Made by a program: the position numbers and the translations under genes
Part shown: piece by piece, positions 26,201 through 38,500 of the stretch
Numbering within the stretch: the stretch's first letter is position 1
Layout of the letters: each line of letters begins with the position of its first letter
Virus record (IMG/VR): IMGVR_UViG_3300031853_000008
Location: 64,001 to 112,178 of that record
Source: a virus
Lineage: Duplodnaviria; Heunggongvirae; Uroviricota; Caudoviricetes
Direction: 5' to 3' (one strand)
DNA: 48,178 bases
Notes under the pieces: generated by a model
Told to the model about the DNA's origin: nothing
The model's input: the letters and a program-made list of their open reading frames with translations, nothing else
Databases searched by the model: none

Positions 26201-29121
26201 AATGTGTACAGTCGGCGGAGGAACTTCGTGGTTCTCTGCATGACCTTGCGCAAAAAGAACTTAGTAATATTACTGAACATTATCAGACGTGGCTCGATTT
26301 ACAGAAACAGATTAGTGATAATGCCGCAGGATTTGTCACATACGCTAATGCTAGTGGCGTAACCGATAATTCTAACTTCATCAAAGGGCAATATGATGCT
26401 CAGATTAGTGCAGGAAATAACCAACTTGGAATTCTGACCCGTGAAATGGCGGAATATAGTGCAAAGATTAGAGAATTCCAGAGGCAATCTGATCTTGGTA
26501 TGCCAGTTAATTCAGATGCGTGGGGAACAGCGATTAAGTAGCTTCAATCTATGAACAATCAGTATGTCGAACTCTTGAGCACTGTCCAGGATTTGAGGCG
26601 TACAAAGTTTGAACTTGATTATAAACCGATTGATTATGCTATTAATAGACTCACCTCTCTGATTGACAAATCAAAAGAAATCATTAAATTGAGACAACAG
26701 CTTGGTAAAAATAAGATTGCCCCAAGCCCGTGGGATGTATAGCCGTAGGAGTCAGATTATATTGAAGTCATTAAGCAGTCGAACGATTTGATGGCTGAAT
26801 ACCAGAATACAATCAATAAAGCGAATCAAGAAATCAAAGATATGGGAGATTCATTCGATTCCGACAAATATGAAGCCGAAGTTCAGAAGATCCGCGAAGC
26901 GGAAAAGAACATTATCTCTCTTACTGGCAGCATCATGGATCTGAAGAAGGAAATCTTCGGAGTTAGATGGAAAGGGTTTAACGACCTTGAGACTAAGATG
27001 CAAGAGGTTAATAGCGATCTTGAGCATCTGTCAGGACTGATTGATGACAATGAAATGTATATTGGCAAGTGGGGCACTGCTCTCTCCGATTATGGTTATG
27101 CAAAACTTGCTCTTATCGGGAAAGAACTGGCAAATGACGAAGACCAGATTGCAAACTTCCGTTAGGCAATTAAGAAGCTTGGGGAGCAAAAAGCAAGCGG
27201 GTTTATCAATGAAGAAGTCTACCAGTAGAACTATAAGAGTTACAAGAAAACACTGCAAGACTACGTTAAGAACGCAAAATCCGCACAGGAACAACTCGCT
27301 AAAATCTACACGCAACTTATGTAGAACGAAAACGAGCTTCTGCAAGACAATATTAGCAAACGAAAAGAAGCTCTTCAGGCAAAGAAAAATTACTATGAAT
27401 GGGATAATACCATTCGCCAAAAGAATAAAGATATTCTTAGTTTGCAAGCACAAATAAATGCTCTTAATGGCATTTCTTCCATGAGCGGACAAGCAGAACG
27501 TGCTCGACTTCAGTCTCAGTTGAGTGACGCTCAAAAGGATATGACAGACACAAGGTTCGGTCATTCGATTGATATGCAGTCGGCTGGCTATGACCGTATG
27601 GCAGAAAACGCTAATACCGCACTTAAGGATATTGAGACAGCGATTGAGAGAAGTTCTGCACTTCAGCAACAGATTGTCAATGATATGCTTGACAAGATGT
27701 CGCAGAATGCAAGTACTGCATTTGCTGGAATTCAAGATATTATTCTGAACACGCATACCGCGGTTGAAGAAGAAACTGCTAACCAGATTGCAGAGTTCCA
27801 GAACGAGCGTTCTGCAATGGATGCGGTTGCAAGTGGAGTTCAGATTCCTGTATAGGTAAAGGCTTCTGATAATGGGGAAGCGTTGACCATCAGAACCCTT
27901 ACAGAACATTTCCATGAACTTGTGAAAGTATTCTCAGATAGGGAAGACCTCGTTACGTTCCCACAGAAGACTACGTCAAGTGTCAAGATCAACATCGATA
28001 CGAATACACAAGATGCGATTAAAGCATTTGATTCACTCACGGAAAGTATTAAGAAGATTGGTGATCAAGCACAAGAGTCTCTTAACAAGCTGAAAGAATT
28101 GAACACGTCACAAGCGAAACCTTCAACATAGGCTACTGGAGTTAAGACAAATGATGTCAATACATTAACCCTAGGGAATCAACAGACTGTCAAAGATGTT
28201 TCAAGCGGTAAAAATACTTCTATCGCATAGGCTACGGGTGAAGCAAACAAAAAGGCAACAGAACAGAAAGTGGCGCAGCAAGCCGCAGCCGCAGCAGCTA
28301 GAGCAAATGTATCTAAACCAGCTCCTGCTCCCGCACCAAAGCCAGCTCCAAAACCAGCACCAAAGCCAGCTCCAAAACCAGCTCCGCTCACCACTCAAGA
28401 TGTATTGTTGGATTATCTTAACAGGATTAATTCAATGCTTGGAAATAAAAAACTACGTTGGACGAGGATTAAATTACAGCAAGAAGCTATGAAATACGCT
28501 ATCGATCATCTTGGGAGACCACATGCTGAAGGTAAAAAACTCACTAAGAAGTAGAGAAGAGAAGCAGGCAGCCTAAAAAAATTACTAATTACTAAATATG
28601 GAAAAACAGGGGGTAATGGGCTTTATGCGTGGTTAGGACGGCTTGGGCAACGCGAAGTAGCAAATCCTAGTAAGATTACTTGGTAGGAAGCGGAGAAAAT
28701 TGCTGACAGAATGAAATCCCTTGGGTTAAAACGTGGGACAAAAAATTATCGTGGTAATCAAGTCGGTTGGATTGATGAACAAGGTGCGGGATCTGAAATG
28801 ATTATCCGTAAGTCTGATAATGCAATTCTTACCAGACTTCAAGCAAACGATGCGGTTGTTCCAGCAAACCTGACCGATAATCTCTGGAAATGGGGAGCGA
28901 TCTCACCTGACAAGTTTATTTCCAAGACAAACAATGAAATGAAACCACATAATCTGCAACACATTGACAATAATATCAACGTTACTTATGGCAGCTTGCT
29001 CACTGTTAATGGCAATGTTGATAAGGACGCTTTGCCGGGACTCTAGTAGATACTTAAGAAAAGCTATGAGTACACGACAAAGTAGTTAAAACGAGAAGCT
29101 AGAAAGACTGGTTTTCGTTAA
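11239..29121 (+). CDS. Giant tail tape measure protein (5,960 aa)
   Basis: Frame +1 has no TAA/TGA for 17,883 nt (scanned line by line) and about 130 TAGs by manual count. The TMP core starts near 17170 (KDLDSALTXMRKVSDE...STADWMRLGES...LITAGN). C-terminal motifs include FDWVEVRL, SKRKEAL and GSEMIIRK...VVP. Confidence 0.9.
28315..28386 (+). repeat. Coding tandem repeat (PAPK)n in the tape measure
   Basis: Degenerate 12-nt units CCAGC(T/A)CCAAA(A/G) encoding KPAPAPAPKPAPKPAPKPAPKPAP. Confidence 0.9.
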
Positions 29122-29123
29122 TA

Positions 29124-29205
29124 TCTTAAGGGGGGGATCAAATCGGTCACCCCTTAGAGAAAGTAACTAAGGGCGGGGGGTTTCATAGCTTCCCGCTCTA
29201 TTTAT
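29124..29205 (+). terminator. Tandem GC-rich hairpins after the tape measure, possible terminator or processing site
   Basis: AAGGGG...CCCCTT stem (29124-29160) and GGGCGGGGG...TTCCCGCTC stem (29171-29197) followed by TATTTAT. Confidence 0.45.
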
Positions 29206-29230
29206 ATTCTATGGGGAAGGAGAAAGAACA

Positions 29231-30376
29231 TTGAAATATTTCAGATATAATGGAGAGGATTCAACGAAGTATGAGTTAATCAATTTCACACAAACAGACA
29301 TGCCTCTTAATCTCCAAAGAAATGTGCTCAAGGGGAATATGAACCGCCATAGACCTTCCCCGAATCACATGGGGACACAATGGGCTGATGTTCTAGTTTT
29401 TGATATTGGAATAATGAAGGACCCATGTGCAATGAAAATCCCAGATATTCCAGGGAACAACTATGACCCAAATTCTCCAGTAAAAACTAGATAGAGGAAA
29501 CTCCTATACTCAAGCGATACTGGTAATAACCTTGTTTGGTCTGATAAAAAACCAGAACCAGTAGAAGGGAAGGTATATTATGTTGCACAAAAACAGATTC
29601 ATGAAAATGGCGGAGAATCGTATTTAATATTACAAAAAATAACGGTTATAAAAGTAGAATACATTTCTTATATAGATACTGACGGGAATCCTGGGGAGAA
29701 AATAATGGCTGAGACGAATATCGAATAGAATGAATCTGAAAGCATGTATTTTACCTAGGATTAGGTCAATAACCTCGCAGCGTGGCTGACATCCCCTCAT
29801 TATCCTACTCTTCTGCACATCTATGATTATAATGACACATAGGTCGGGCAGTTGATGAAATATGACTATTTTGGGTTATTTAGTGACGTAAAGCCCGAAT
29901 ATTCTGGGAATCGCATAATAGGGCTTACTGCGAATTTCACAACAAATGCTCCTTATGCGTGGTCTCATTAGATCACCAAGACCCTTAATGGGGGCGAGAC
30001 ATCCACTATCAATGTGGTAAATTCTGATCGTGAAGCCGTTATCTATCCTGTCATAAAGATTGTGGCGAGCCATCCAGAAGGTTCTACTGATACTGGAAAG
30101 ATTGAGGTGGGGATTAAGAATGAAACAGATAATGGACGGGAGTTAAAGGTTAAGCTGAATGCCGGGGTTATGAATGTTATCGATTGCAATAAGGCAAAGA
30201 TTTATACCGAAAATGAGGGTGTTGAAAAACTCCTTCGATTCAATGATTTAGGGCTTAAATCATATTCTTATATCTACTGGCCCAGGTTATTTAATGGGGA
30301 AAATAAAATAACAGTGACTGGTACGGCGGACGTAACAATGATTTACCGTGAGCCTAGAAAGGTTGGTGCATATTAA
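29231..30376 (+). CDS. Distal tail protein (Dit) with inserted domain (381 aa)
   Basis: GAAGGAG RBS, TTG start, TAGs joining 29231..29494 to 30014..30376. Contains AWLTSP, FTTNAPYAWS, IYPVIKI, WPRLFNGENKITV and YREPRKVG motifs; ends TAA. Confidence 0.8.
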
Positions 30377-30378
30377 TC

Positions 30379-33300
30379 ATGGTAAGTTATGAAGTAAAGC
30401 CGGATTTTATGAAACTGACCTATAATAAACTAGATGATGCATAGCCAACTGAGATCTATTTGGCGAGACCTGGACAGAGAGTTATTGGGCGGTTGAATGG
30501 TGTCGAATAGGATTCCGTAGATTTACAGCTTAACCTCAATAACTGTCATGTACTGAGCTTTACAGTTGACCGAATTGTTAATGGCGAAATAAGCAGTTTT
30601 TATGACAAAATCGAACGTCACTCAGAACTTTTTCTTACTGGCTACGGTTGGTTCAAAATCAATGAATAGCCGGAAGTGAGTAATGATGGGGACGTATAGA
30701 AAATAAATATCCGGGCAGAATCTCTTGAGATTGAGCTACAGCAGTATGACCTTACTGATTTTCGTGTCAATATGGGTACTGTAGACTCACGAGAGATGCT
30801 GGCAACGGATAATATTTATTATGTTGATGGCGATAAAGATTATAGGCTTCCCAGGGATAATGTAAGGTTCTGGCGTGACACGTCTGGATTATAGGAATTA
30901 ATACAGGAATTACCAGATGACGGCACATTTGATGATTTAATCAAGTTATCTAATCAAGCGAGTCCTGGTACCGAATAGGAAAATAAGTACGAAGATATTC
31001 ATAAGAGGCAATCTGCATTGCTGAATATGTGGAGAATTGAATTCGATTCGAAAAAGTACGATGATGTCATTCGAAGTGCCGTCAAATCATATAAGGCAGA
31101 CGGATACGACACAACTATGCTAGAGAAGCAGATTGGTGTTGGAAAGTCGGATTATGATTTCCACAATTTGTGCAATGCTTATCCCCGTATGATGGATTAT
31201 CTTGTAGTGGATAATTCTGTGAAGATTGATTTGTCTCATAATGACCCAGATGAAAAAGACCAACCAGACTACACTGTTAAAGAGGTCTTAAAAAGAGAAT
31301 TAAAACGGCAGAAAGAGTTATCCCTTCTCTCCCTTGTACTGGAAGCGCATGACTGGCACGTTGGGGAAATCGATATGAACCGCCTTACAAAAGAGGAAAG
31401 TGCGTTACAGGCAGGAGGGATAGAGACAAACGGACTCTTGATGAATTAGGTCGGCAAATTTGATGCTAACAATAAAGATATCTATAGTTTTTTAACTCAA
31501 GATGTAGAACAGGAAAATCGATGTATCTTCACATTTGATACTTAGACACGTAACGTAAACGCTTATCGAGTTGAAAGTATTGGGGTTGATACGAATATCT
31601 TCTTAAGTTTCCATAATATTCAGAACAGCGTAAGCCGTACGAGTGATGAACCGCTCTATACTGTTTATACAATTGGGGCGAATGTAAGTGATGGCAGTGA
31701 AGTCAATCCGCGCTAGGCAAACTGTGGAGATTCATAGATTGAAGATCTTTCATGGTTTATGAATACGGAACACTTTGAATAGTCTACTATCAATAAATAT
31801 AATACATGGGTTTCTGGGCGAGAAACGCTGCGAAAAGAATATATGCAGAAAGCAGTCAAGTACCGCAAGGCTGTTGCGAAAGCACAATAGATCTATAGTC
31901 GAGTTCCGAATGATGCAGCTGATCCAAAGCAGTATTCCACATTTACGAATGAGGAATTGGCAAACGAACGAATGAATCAACTTGCTATGTTTTAGGGGTT
32001 AAAGAGTTATTATGTCAAAACCGATGAGTTTGACGCAGATGGCAAGCCTGTATTCGATTAGGAAGCATGCCTCAAATCCCCTGATGGCAAAGACTATATA
32101 TTGCTTAGAGATATTATTTTGTCCAATCCCCTTGACGCGTTTTGTACAGATTTAGATTACAAGAAAATTATTGCTAACGGAGAAGACCTTGCTGATATCA
32201 CTGTAAATTATAAATAGGGGGACGATTCCAAACGTCTTGGGCAAATAGACCGTGAATTATATAGGCGATACAGAGTAGATAAAGCTTCCGTATAGGAGTC
32301 GATTGAGCCGACCCACTTTGACGAAGATTATATTTATAATCTTGAGAAATATGGCGATAATTACGGTGTTGATGAACTTAAAAACCTTCAACAGACGTGG
32401 ACTAACGAATTACAGACTTTAACCTACTACCGCACGGAAAAACAGCCAGTGCTTGACCGTGATGGTAAGCAGATGAAAAATGATGATGGAAGTCTTATGT
32501 TCCAAACCCCCGATGCTTACTACACTGAAAGGCATCAAAGATATGTCATTGTAACAAAAGCTCTCGCTACGTGTAAAACAGTATTAGCAAAACGCTAGAA
32601 AGAATATGACGACGCAGAAACTTAGGTTAGCAATATCTCCAAAGAGATGGGGGAAATTGCGGAACAAGCCAATATCTCTAACTCAAAGTGGAATTTTACG
32701 CCCGAATAGCTGACTCTGCTTGACCGCTACAGGATTCATACCGATTACCAACAAGCGGATATGATTACGACTAAGCTTAGTTCCCCTGAAGATATTGTTA
32801 ATAAATAGAATGAACTGCTCTCTTTCGCTTATTAGGATTTATATGCAACTGCACATCCGCAATGGAAATTTCAGACAACACAGGATAATTTGATCCTACT
32901 CAGTGGATTCCGGGATTGGGTAGATGAACTGCAACTTGGTAATTATTTAAGAGTTGGATTCCGTGAGGACGATGATTTCCAGACAGGCTTGCCGGATTAT
33001 GACAACCAAACTTAGCTTAGACTTATCGGGGTTTCGTTGAACCCTTTCTTAACTGATACTACAATAGGGTTGACATTCAGCACAATGATTCAATATAGGT
33101 CTAAACGCAATGATTTTGTGGCATTGCTTGGTTCATCTGGCGGGGCTGCGAAAAATTCTATTCAATATGGCTCTGTTTCTGGACAGGCTGACCCCTCTGT
33201 AAATGTAAACGAAGCACTTCTGCTAAAACTTCTTGGCACTGGGAAATATGGGTCATACCAAAATGCTATATCTGCGGGTAATTATGGCGGTGCGGCAGGG

Positions 33301-34449
33301 ATGGTAACTGACGCACTAAACAACCTTGAACTTTCTGCCGACAGAATAAAGGGATTGACTGATAAGTTCCAAACACTAGCGGACGGCTATATTGATCTTA
33401 ACTATATTAATACTAAGACGTTGCATGCGGATCAGGCTTCGATCAAAGACTTGTCGGCAAATGTATTAAATGCAATCAATGCTAATATCAAAGACTTAAA
33501 TGCTGATTATGGAAACTTCTATTCTGTGATTTCCGACCATGTACAGGCAAAGGATATCTCCGCTGATACAATTGTGGCAAAACTGGCTAGTCTCGATACT
33601 GTACAGGCATAGAAACTGTTTGCAGACAATATATTCACACAACATATAGATGCTGAAGCAGCGAGTGCGGCGAAAGCTACTATTAATGATGCTTATATCC
33701 GCAATTTGGTTTCTCAGAACATCACGGTAGGAGACCTTAAAGGTGGGGACATCGAGCTTTCTGACAAGATGAAGATTGTTTCTAAAGATAGTAATCTTGT
33801 TATGAATAGCAAAGCACTGCAAATCTTCAAGGAAAACGATCAAGGCGAAAAGTATGGTGTCCAACTTGGTTTTGACTAGAATGATGAACCGTCATTAATC
33901 ATTAAAGACGATGATGGAACAGCCATGTTCACATCAAGAAGTATGCCTGACACTCCTAAAGGAATTCAGCTAAATGCGATTTCCGATAAACTGATTACTC
34001 CTGAAAAGTTGAGCGTTCCTATCGTTCAAGCAAATGAATACGGCGGAGTCGATATCTCCCAGATTTATGATGGCAGTGGGGGTAAATTTGGCACTGAATA
34101 CAACTCATTTAAGCAAGGGGTCAATGATAACCTTGCGGAAATAAACAACACAAAAAAGTATTAGGTTCGAATTGAATCTGATAATGGAAATATATTTAAG
34201 AACGGTGAAATCAATTGTACTCTATCTTGCCGTGTTTTTTCATGGGACGATGAAGTAACGGATGATATCAACGCCGCAGCATTTCATTGGAAACGAAAAT
34301 CCAAGGATGCTGAAGATGACGAGAAATGGAATACTAACCACTCTAGTGGGAAAAAAACAATCACTCTAACCCCGGATGATGTTTGGGGGCGGAGTGTATT
34401 TTTCTGTACGGTTGAATTGCCTGATGGGACAACCGAAACAGGATCATAA
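30379..34449 (+). CDS. Baseplate hub / Tal-like large minor tail protein (1,356 aa)
   Basis: One frame with no TAA/TGA from ATG 30379 to TAA 34447-34449. Contains YLARPG...GRLNG, AESLEIEL and HPQWKF...LGNYLRV motifs; follows Dit. Confidence 0.8.
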
Positions 34450-34464
34450 CGGAGGAAAAAATAA

Positions 34465-35493
34465 ATGGCAAATATTATTTGTACTGGCGATTATACGATT
34501 ACTGATTTTAATGATGCGATTTCCCTTAGTGGATATATCGGGGCAAATCTGCCTCATACACAGATTTACTCTCCTGATAATGAATCGTACACCCCAGATT
34601 GGAGTGATGAAGGCGGGGCGCTGATCCTTACCCCGGAATTATATGTTACTTCTACAACTGCAAATGTTATCACAAGTTCTGCTGTAACAAAGGTAACTTG
34701 GTATAAAGATGCAGAGAAGACCCCTATTGCCACTGGTGGAGAATATTCTCTTAGTGGAGCGAAGTCTCATATCCTTACGATTAACAAAAATATCCTTGCA
34801 GATGTGAATTCTGTAAAGTTTATCTGTGTAGTGGATTATTTAGATTCCACTACGGGTCTTAAACTGAAACATAAGATGGATATTACATTTACTCTGGTAG
34901 AATCTGGTTCTGGCATCGCAGACGCTCTTGCTCTTTGCCCGGAGGGAAATGTGTTTAAGAATGGGACGATTGCTTCCCTTACAGCGACTTGTGACCTTTA
35001 CCGTGGTTCTACCATTGATACTACGGACGTGAAATATCAGTGGTATAAGAAGGATACTTCTGCAAGTACAGGATGGACAGCTGTTAGTGGGGCAACCACT
35101 CATCAGCTTACTGTCAAGCCGTCTGACGTACCGAATGTGGCTGTGTATAAGTGTGTTATTACTGACGGAGAAGGAAAGAGTTATTTCGATACTGTAACTT
35201 TTACTGATTTATCTGATCCCATTCAGCTTACGATTGTTTCTACTGGGGGGGACACATTTAAGAATGGTAACGGCTCGACTACCCTTACAGCTAGACTGTT
35301 CCAGGCGGGGAAAGAAATAGATACGAATACTCAAAGCCCGCAGCACGTTTATAAGTGGTACAAGTATGACAAGGATGGAAATCTTGTTAAGGGATATGGC
35401 GGGACAAACGTAGATTATAAAACAGGAAAGACCCTAGCGGTCTCAGCTGATGATGTAGATACAAAGGCAACATTTAGATGCGAAGTTGAGTAA
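34465..35493 (+). CDS. Ig-like domain tail protein (342 aa)
   Basis: GGAGG RBS, TAG-free ORF with three repeated beta-rich units (FKNG..TLTA.L...Y.WYK...C.V). Confidence 0.75.
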   Translation: MANIICTGDYTITDFNDAISLSGYIGANLPHTQIYSPDNESYTPDWSDEGGALILTPELYVTSTTANVITSSAVTKVTWYKDAEKTPIATGGEYSLSGAKSHILTINKNILADVNSVKFICVVDYLDSTTGLKLKHKMDITFTLVESGSGIADALALCPEGNVFKNGTIASLTATCDLYRGSTIDTTDVKYQWYKKDTSASTGWTAVSGATTHQLTVKPSDVPNVAVYKCVITDGEGKSYFDTVTFTDLSDPIQLTIVSTGGDTFKNGNGSTTLTARLFQAGKEIDTNTQSPQHVYKWYKYDKDGNLVKGYGGTNVDYKTGKTLAVSADDVDTKATFRCEVE

Positions 35494-35555
35494 TTGAAAG
35501 ACTAAGATTCCGAATCTTTAGTCTTTCATGATTAAAGATTCGGAAAGGAGAAAAC

Positions 35556-38500
35556 ATGGCAAATAAAACAATCATTGGAGTTGGGGAATATACAATAAAA
35601 GAGATATATGACGGCAAATCAGGAGTTGGAGTATAGAATATAAGATACTACTATCAGATTTCTAATGATGATAAAAACCCGCCGACTTATTGGACGGATG
35701 TTTTGCTTGAGACAGCATCACAGGTTATCCCGACCAAAGAGAACCCTTATTTGTGGGCGTATCAGGAAATTGCTTATACTGATGGGACTATCACAAAAAC
35801 AGATCCTCAAATTGTTGGTGTGCGCGGGGAAAATGGAACAAGCGTAACAGTATCGGCTATTAAATATCAAGCGGGAGTTTCTGCTACGGATCATCCTACT
35901 GGGACATGGTCTGCCACTCCTGTAGCCGTTCCCGAAGGTCAATACCTCTGGACTTGGACACATTATTCAGACGGCAAAGATGCCTATTCTGTGGCGCGCC
36001 AAGGGAAGAACGGAAATGATGGGCGTGGAATAAAAACGATACAAGACTACTATCTCGCTTCTCCAAAAACTAGTGGAATTACCACCTCTACAGATGGTTG
36101 GGACACAGATCCAGAAAAACAAAAAGTTTCAGAAGATAAAAAATATTTGTGGCACTACACAATGACCACTTATTCTGATGGATCACATAGCGAATCAACC
36201 CCTACTGTTATTGGTGTGTTTGGGCAGGATGGACAGCCTGGTAAGTCAATAGATCAGATTACTGTACAATATGCGGTTAGTACGTCTAGCACTGATGCCC
36301 CGGCTGATTCTGAATTCAGGGATACTCCCCCAACAACTGACGAGCTTAACGGGGAAAACCAATGGTATCGGTACGTTTATCATTACAGTGATAAAACGAC
36401 AAGCTATTCTGCAAAAATGTGTGATGTGGAATTTAACAATCTGAAATTCTTAGTTGATCAAAATACACAAGCAATAGAAGCTAGGGTAACAACTGATAAA
36501 TTCAACACTGTAGTTGGGGAAGACGGTTAGAGAATCACGAAGATGGATTCGGATCTGACACAGGCAAAGGCGGATATCTCAGGCCTGCAGACTACGGTAT
36601 CGAGTCAGAAGACCGAGATTAATAAGAAGGCGGATGGTTCGACGGTCTCTCAGATGCAGACAGATATTTCCAATCTTCAGCAGACCGATAAGGATATCAC
36701 TGCTTCTGTCGCAAGTACAAACAGTAAAATCGATAGTATGAAAGTCGGCGGGCGAAATCTTGCGGCTATCTCAACGTCTATCGATGGACATCGCCTTGTA
36801 GAAGGTTACACTTACGATGGCTATTCAGACCCAGGGTTCAGGCTCAGTGCGAAGATTGCATGTGTAGAAGGTGATGAGTTCACCGTAAGCACCAACGCAG
36901 CTGGTACTCTCTCGTTTGCATGGTGCGACTCTTCTGACTCTGTGTTCAGTAGACCAACTGGGCATTATAACGCTGCAGTTGGCTATAAATAGACATTCAC
37001 AGCGCCGTCGAAGGCATCGTATTGTGCTCTGTCTTGGGAAAAGTCTACACTTGATGGTCATATAAAGCTTGAGCGGGGGAACGTGGCTACAGATTATAGC
37101 CCTGCCCCTGAAGATTATTATGATTATACAGACACTCAGATGGCTAAATTCCAAATAGAAGCAGATAAAATCGATGCAATGGTCAGCAACGTGAACTCTA
37201 AGTCTGAGATCACCCTTACTCCGAATGCCATCAGTGCGATATCTGATAATATAGAAATTAAGACCACAGACGGAAAGACACTTGCGATTAAAAATGGCAA
37301 GATTCAGGCGAACGCTATCACAATTGGAGATGTCAGTGAATTAAGCGAAGACTTGACATCATTAGATGCGAAGGCTAGCGATGCCGCAAAAACCGCAACG
37401 GAGTATATCACGGATATCGATGGCGGGGGGATAAGTGTACATGACGCAAATAACAAAGACAACGCTGTACATATTACGAGCACAGATATGACTGTAATAC
37501 AAGGTGGGAAAAAGATTGCAAAATTTGGTTCTTCTGTCGAACTAGGAACGTCCGCTAATGCTTTTGGAAAATCCTCCTTCTCTTTGGGCGAAGCATATGC
37601 TTTTGGAGATAGAAGCCATTCTGAAGGGCGTAATACCTTTGCATTTGGTGATTATTCTACAAATTTCGCTACTGGGGAAAAAGGAGACATAGGGGGGGCG
37701 ATTCCTGAAGCTGGGATAATAGGAATAAAACAAAAAATAGCTTATGCTCCTTCATTAAATGTGGGACCCCAAGTATATAGAGTTGATTACAGTGTTGATT
37801 CAAGCATACAATTTTCCCCCTCTCTTAATTTCCAAGATATCTGCTTATATGATGTAGTATATTTATCAAATAATAGCCAAGGATGTTATATGTATGTAGT
37901 TACTATTGACTACAATGAAAAAACTCTATCTTGTTCTGGGAGAGAACTAGTAGATCATGCAACTAAATTACAAATTGCTTCATCTAGCGTGACTGTAGGA
38001 AGAGCTTCTTTTAATTCTGGGGAAAATAATAAAGTTATTGGAAGAAATTCATTTTCTGAAGGTGAAGAGAACTATATTAAAGGCAGCTACTCTCATGCAT
38101 AGGGCTATAGAGTCAGGATAAGCGGAGCTTACTCCCACGCATAGGGGGCTTTTGCACAGGCTAATAATATGTTTTCGCATGCCTAGGGGTTAATGGTATA
38201 TGCAAATGGAATGTACTCTCATTCAGAGGGTGGAACAGATGTTGTATTTGTTAAACTAACTGGAGATGCTCAATCCCAAGAATATACATATACGGTAAAT
38301 AATAATGATTTTATTACAAAGGGTTTATCGACTGCCCCGTTGGTAGGGATGGAATTACGCACCATCAACGGATAGTCAGCAATTGCGAGAATTATTTCGG
38401 TCGATCATAGCAACAATAAAATCACCTTAGACCAATCTATTTCATCTGATTCTATAAAAGATAAACAATATGTTCTCCGTAAGTTAGCGGGGGCGGACGG

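Noticed and set aside
1010-27915. Long minus-strand ORFs (1010..1621, 6350..7036, 25642..26280, 27031..27915) and off-frame plus ORFs
   Set aside because: They are shadows of well-supported + strand genes, with no RBS or recognisable motifs.
28315-28386. CRISPR-like array
   Set aside because: It is a degenerate in-frame coding repeat with no spacers.
11239-29121. Many short standard-code ORFs read as separate genes or pseudogene debris
   Set aside because: The real ones share frame +1, are separated only by TAG, lack their own RBSs, and form one ORF with no TAA/TGA.
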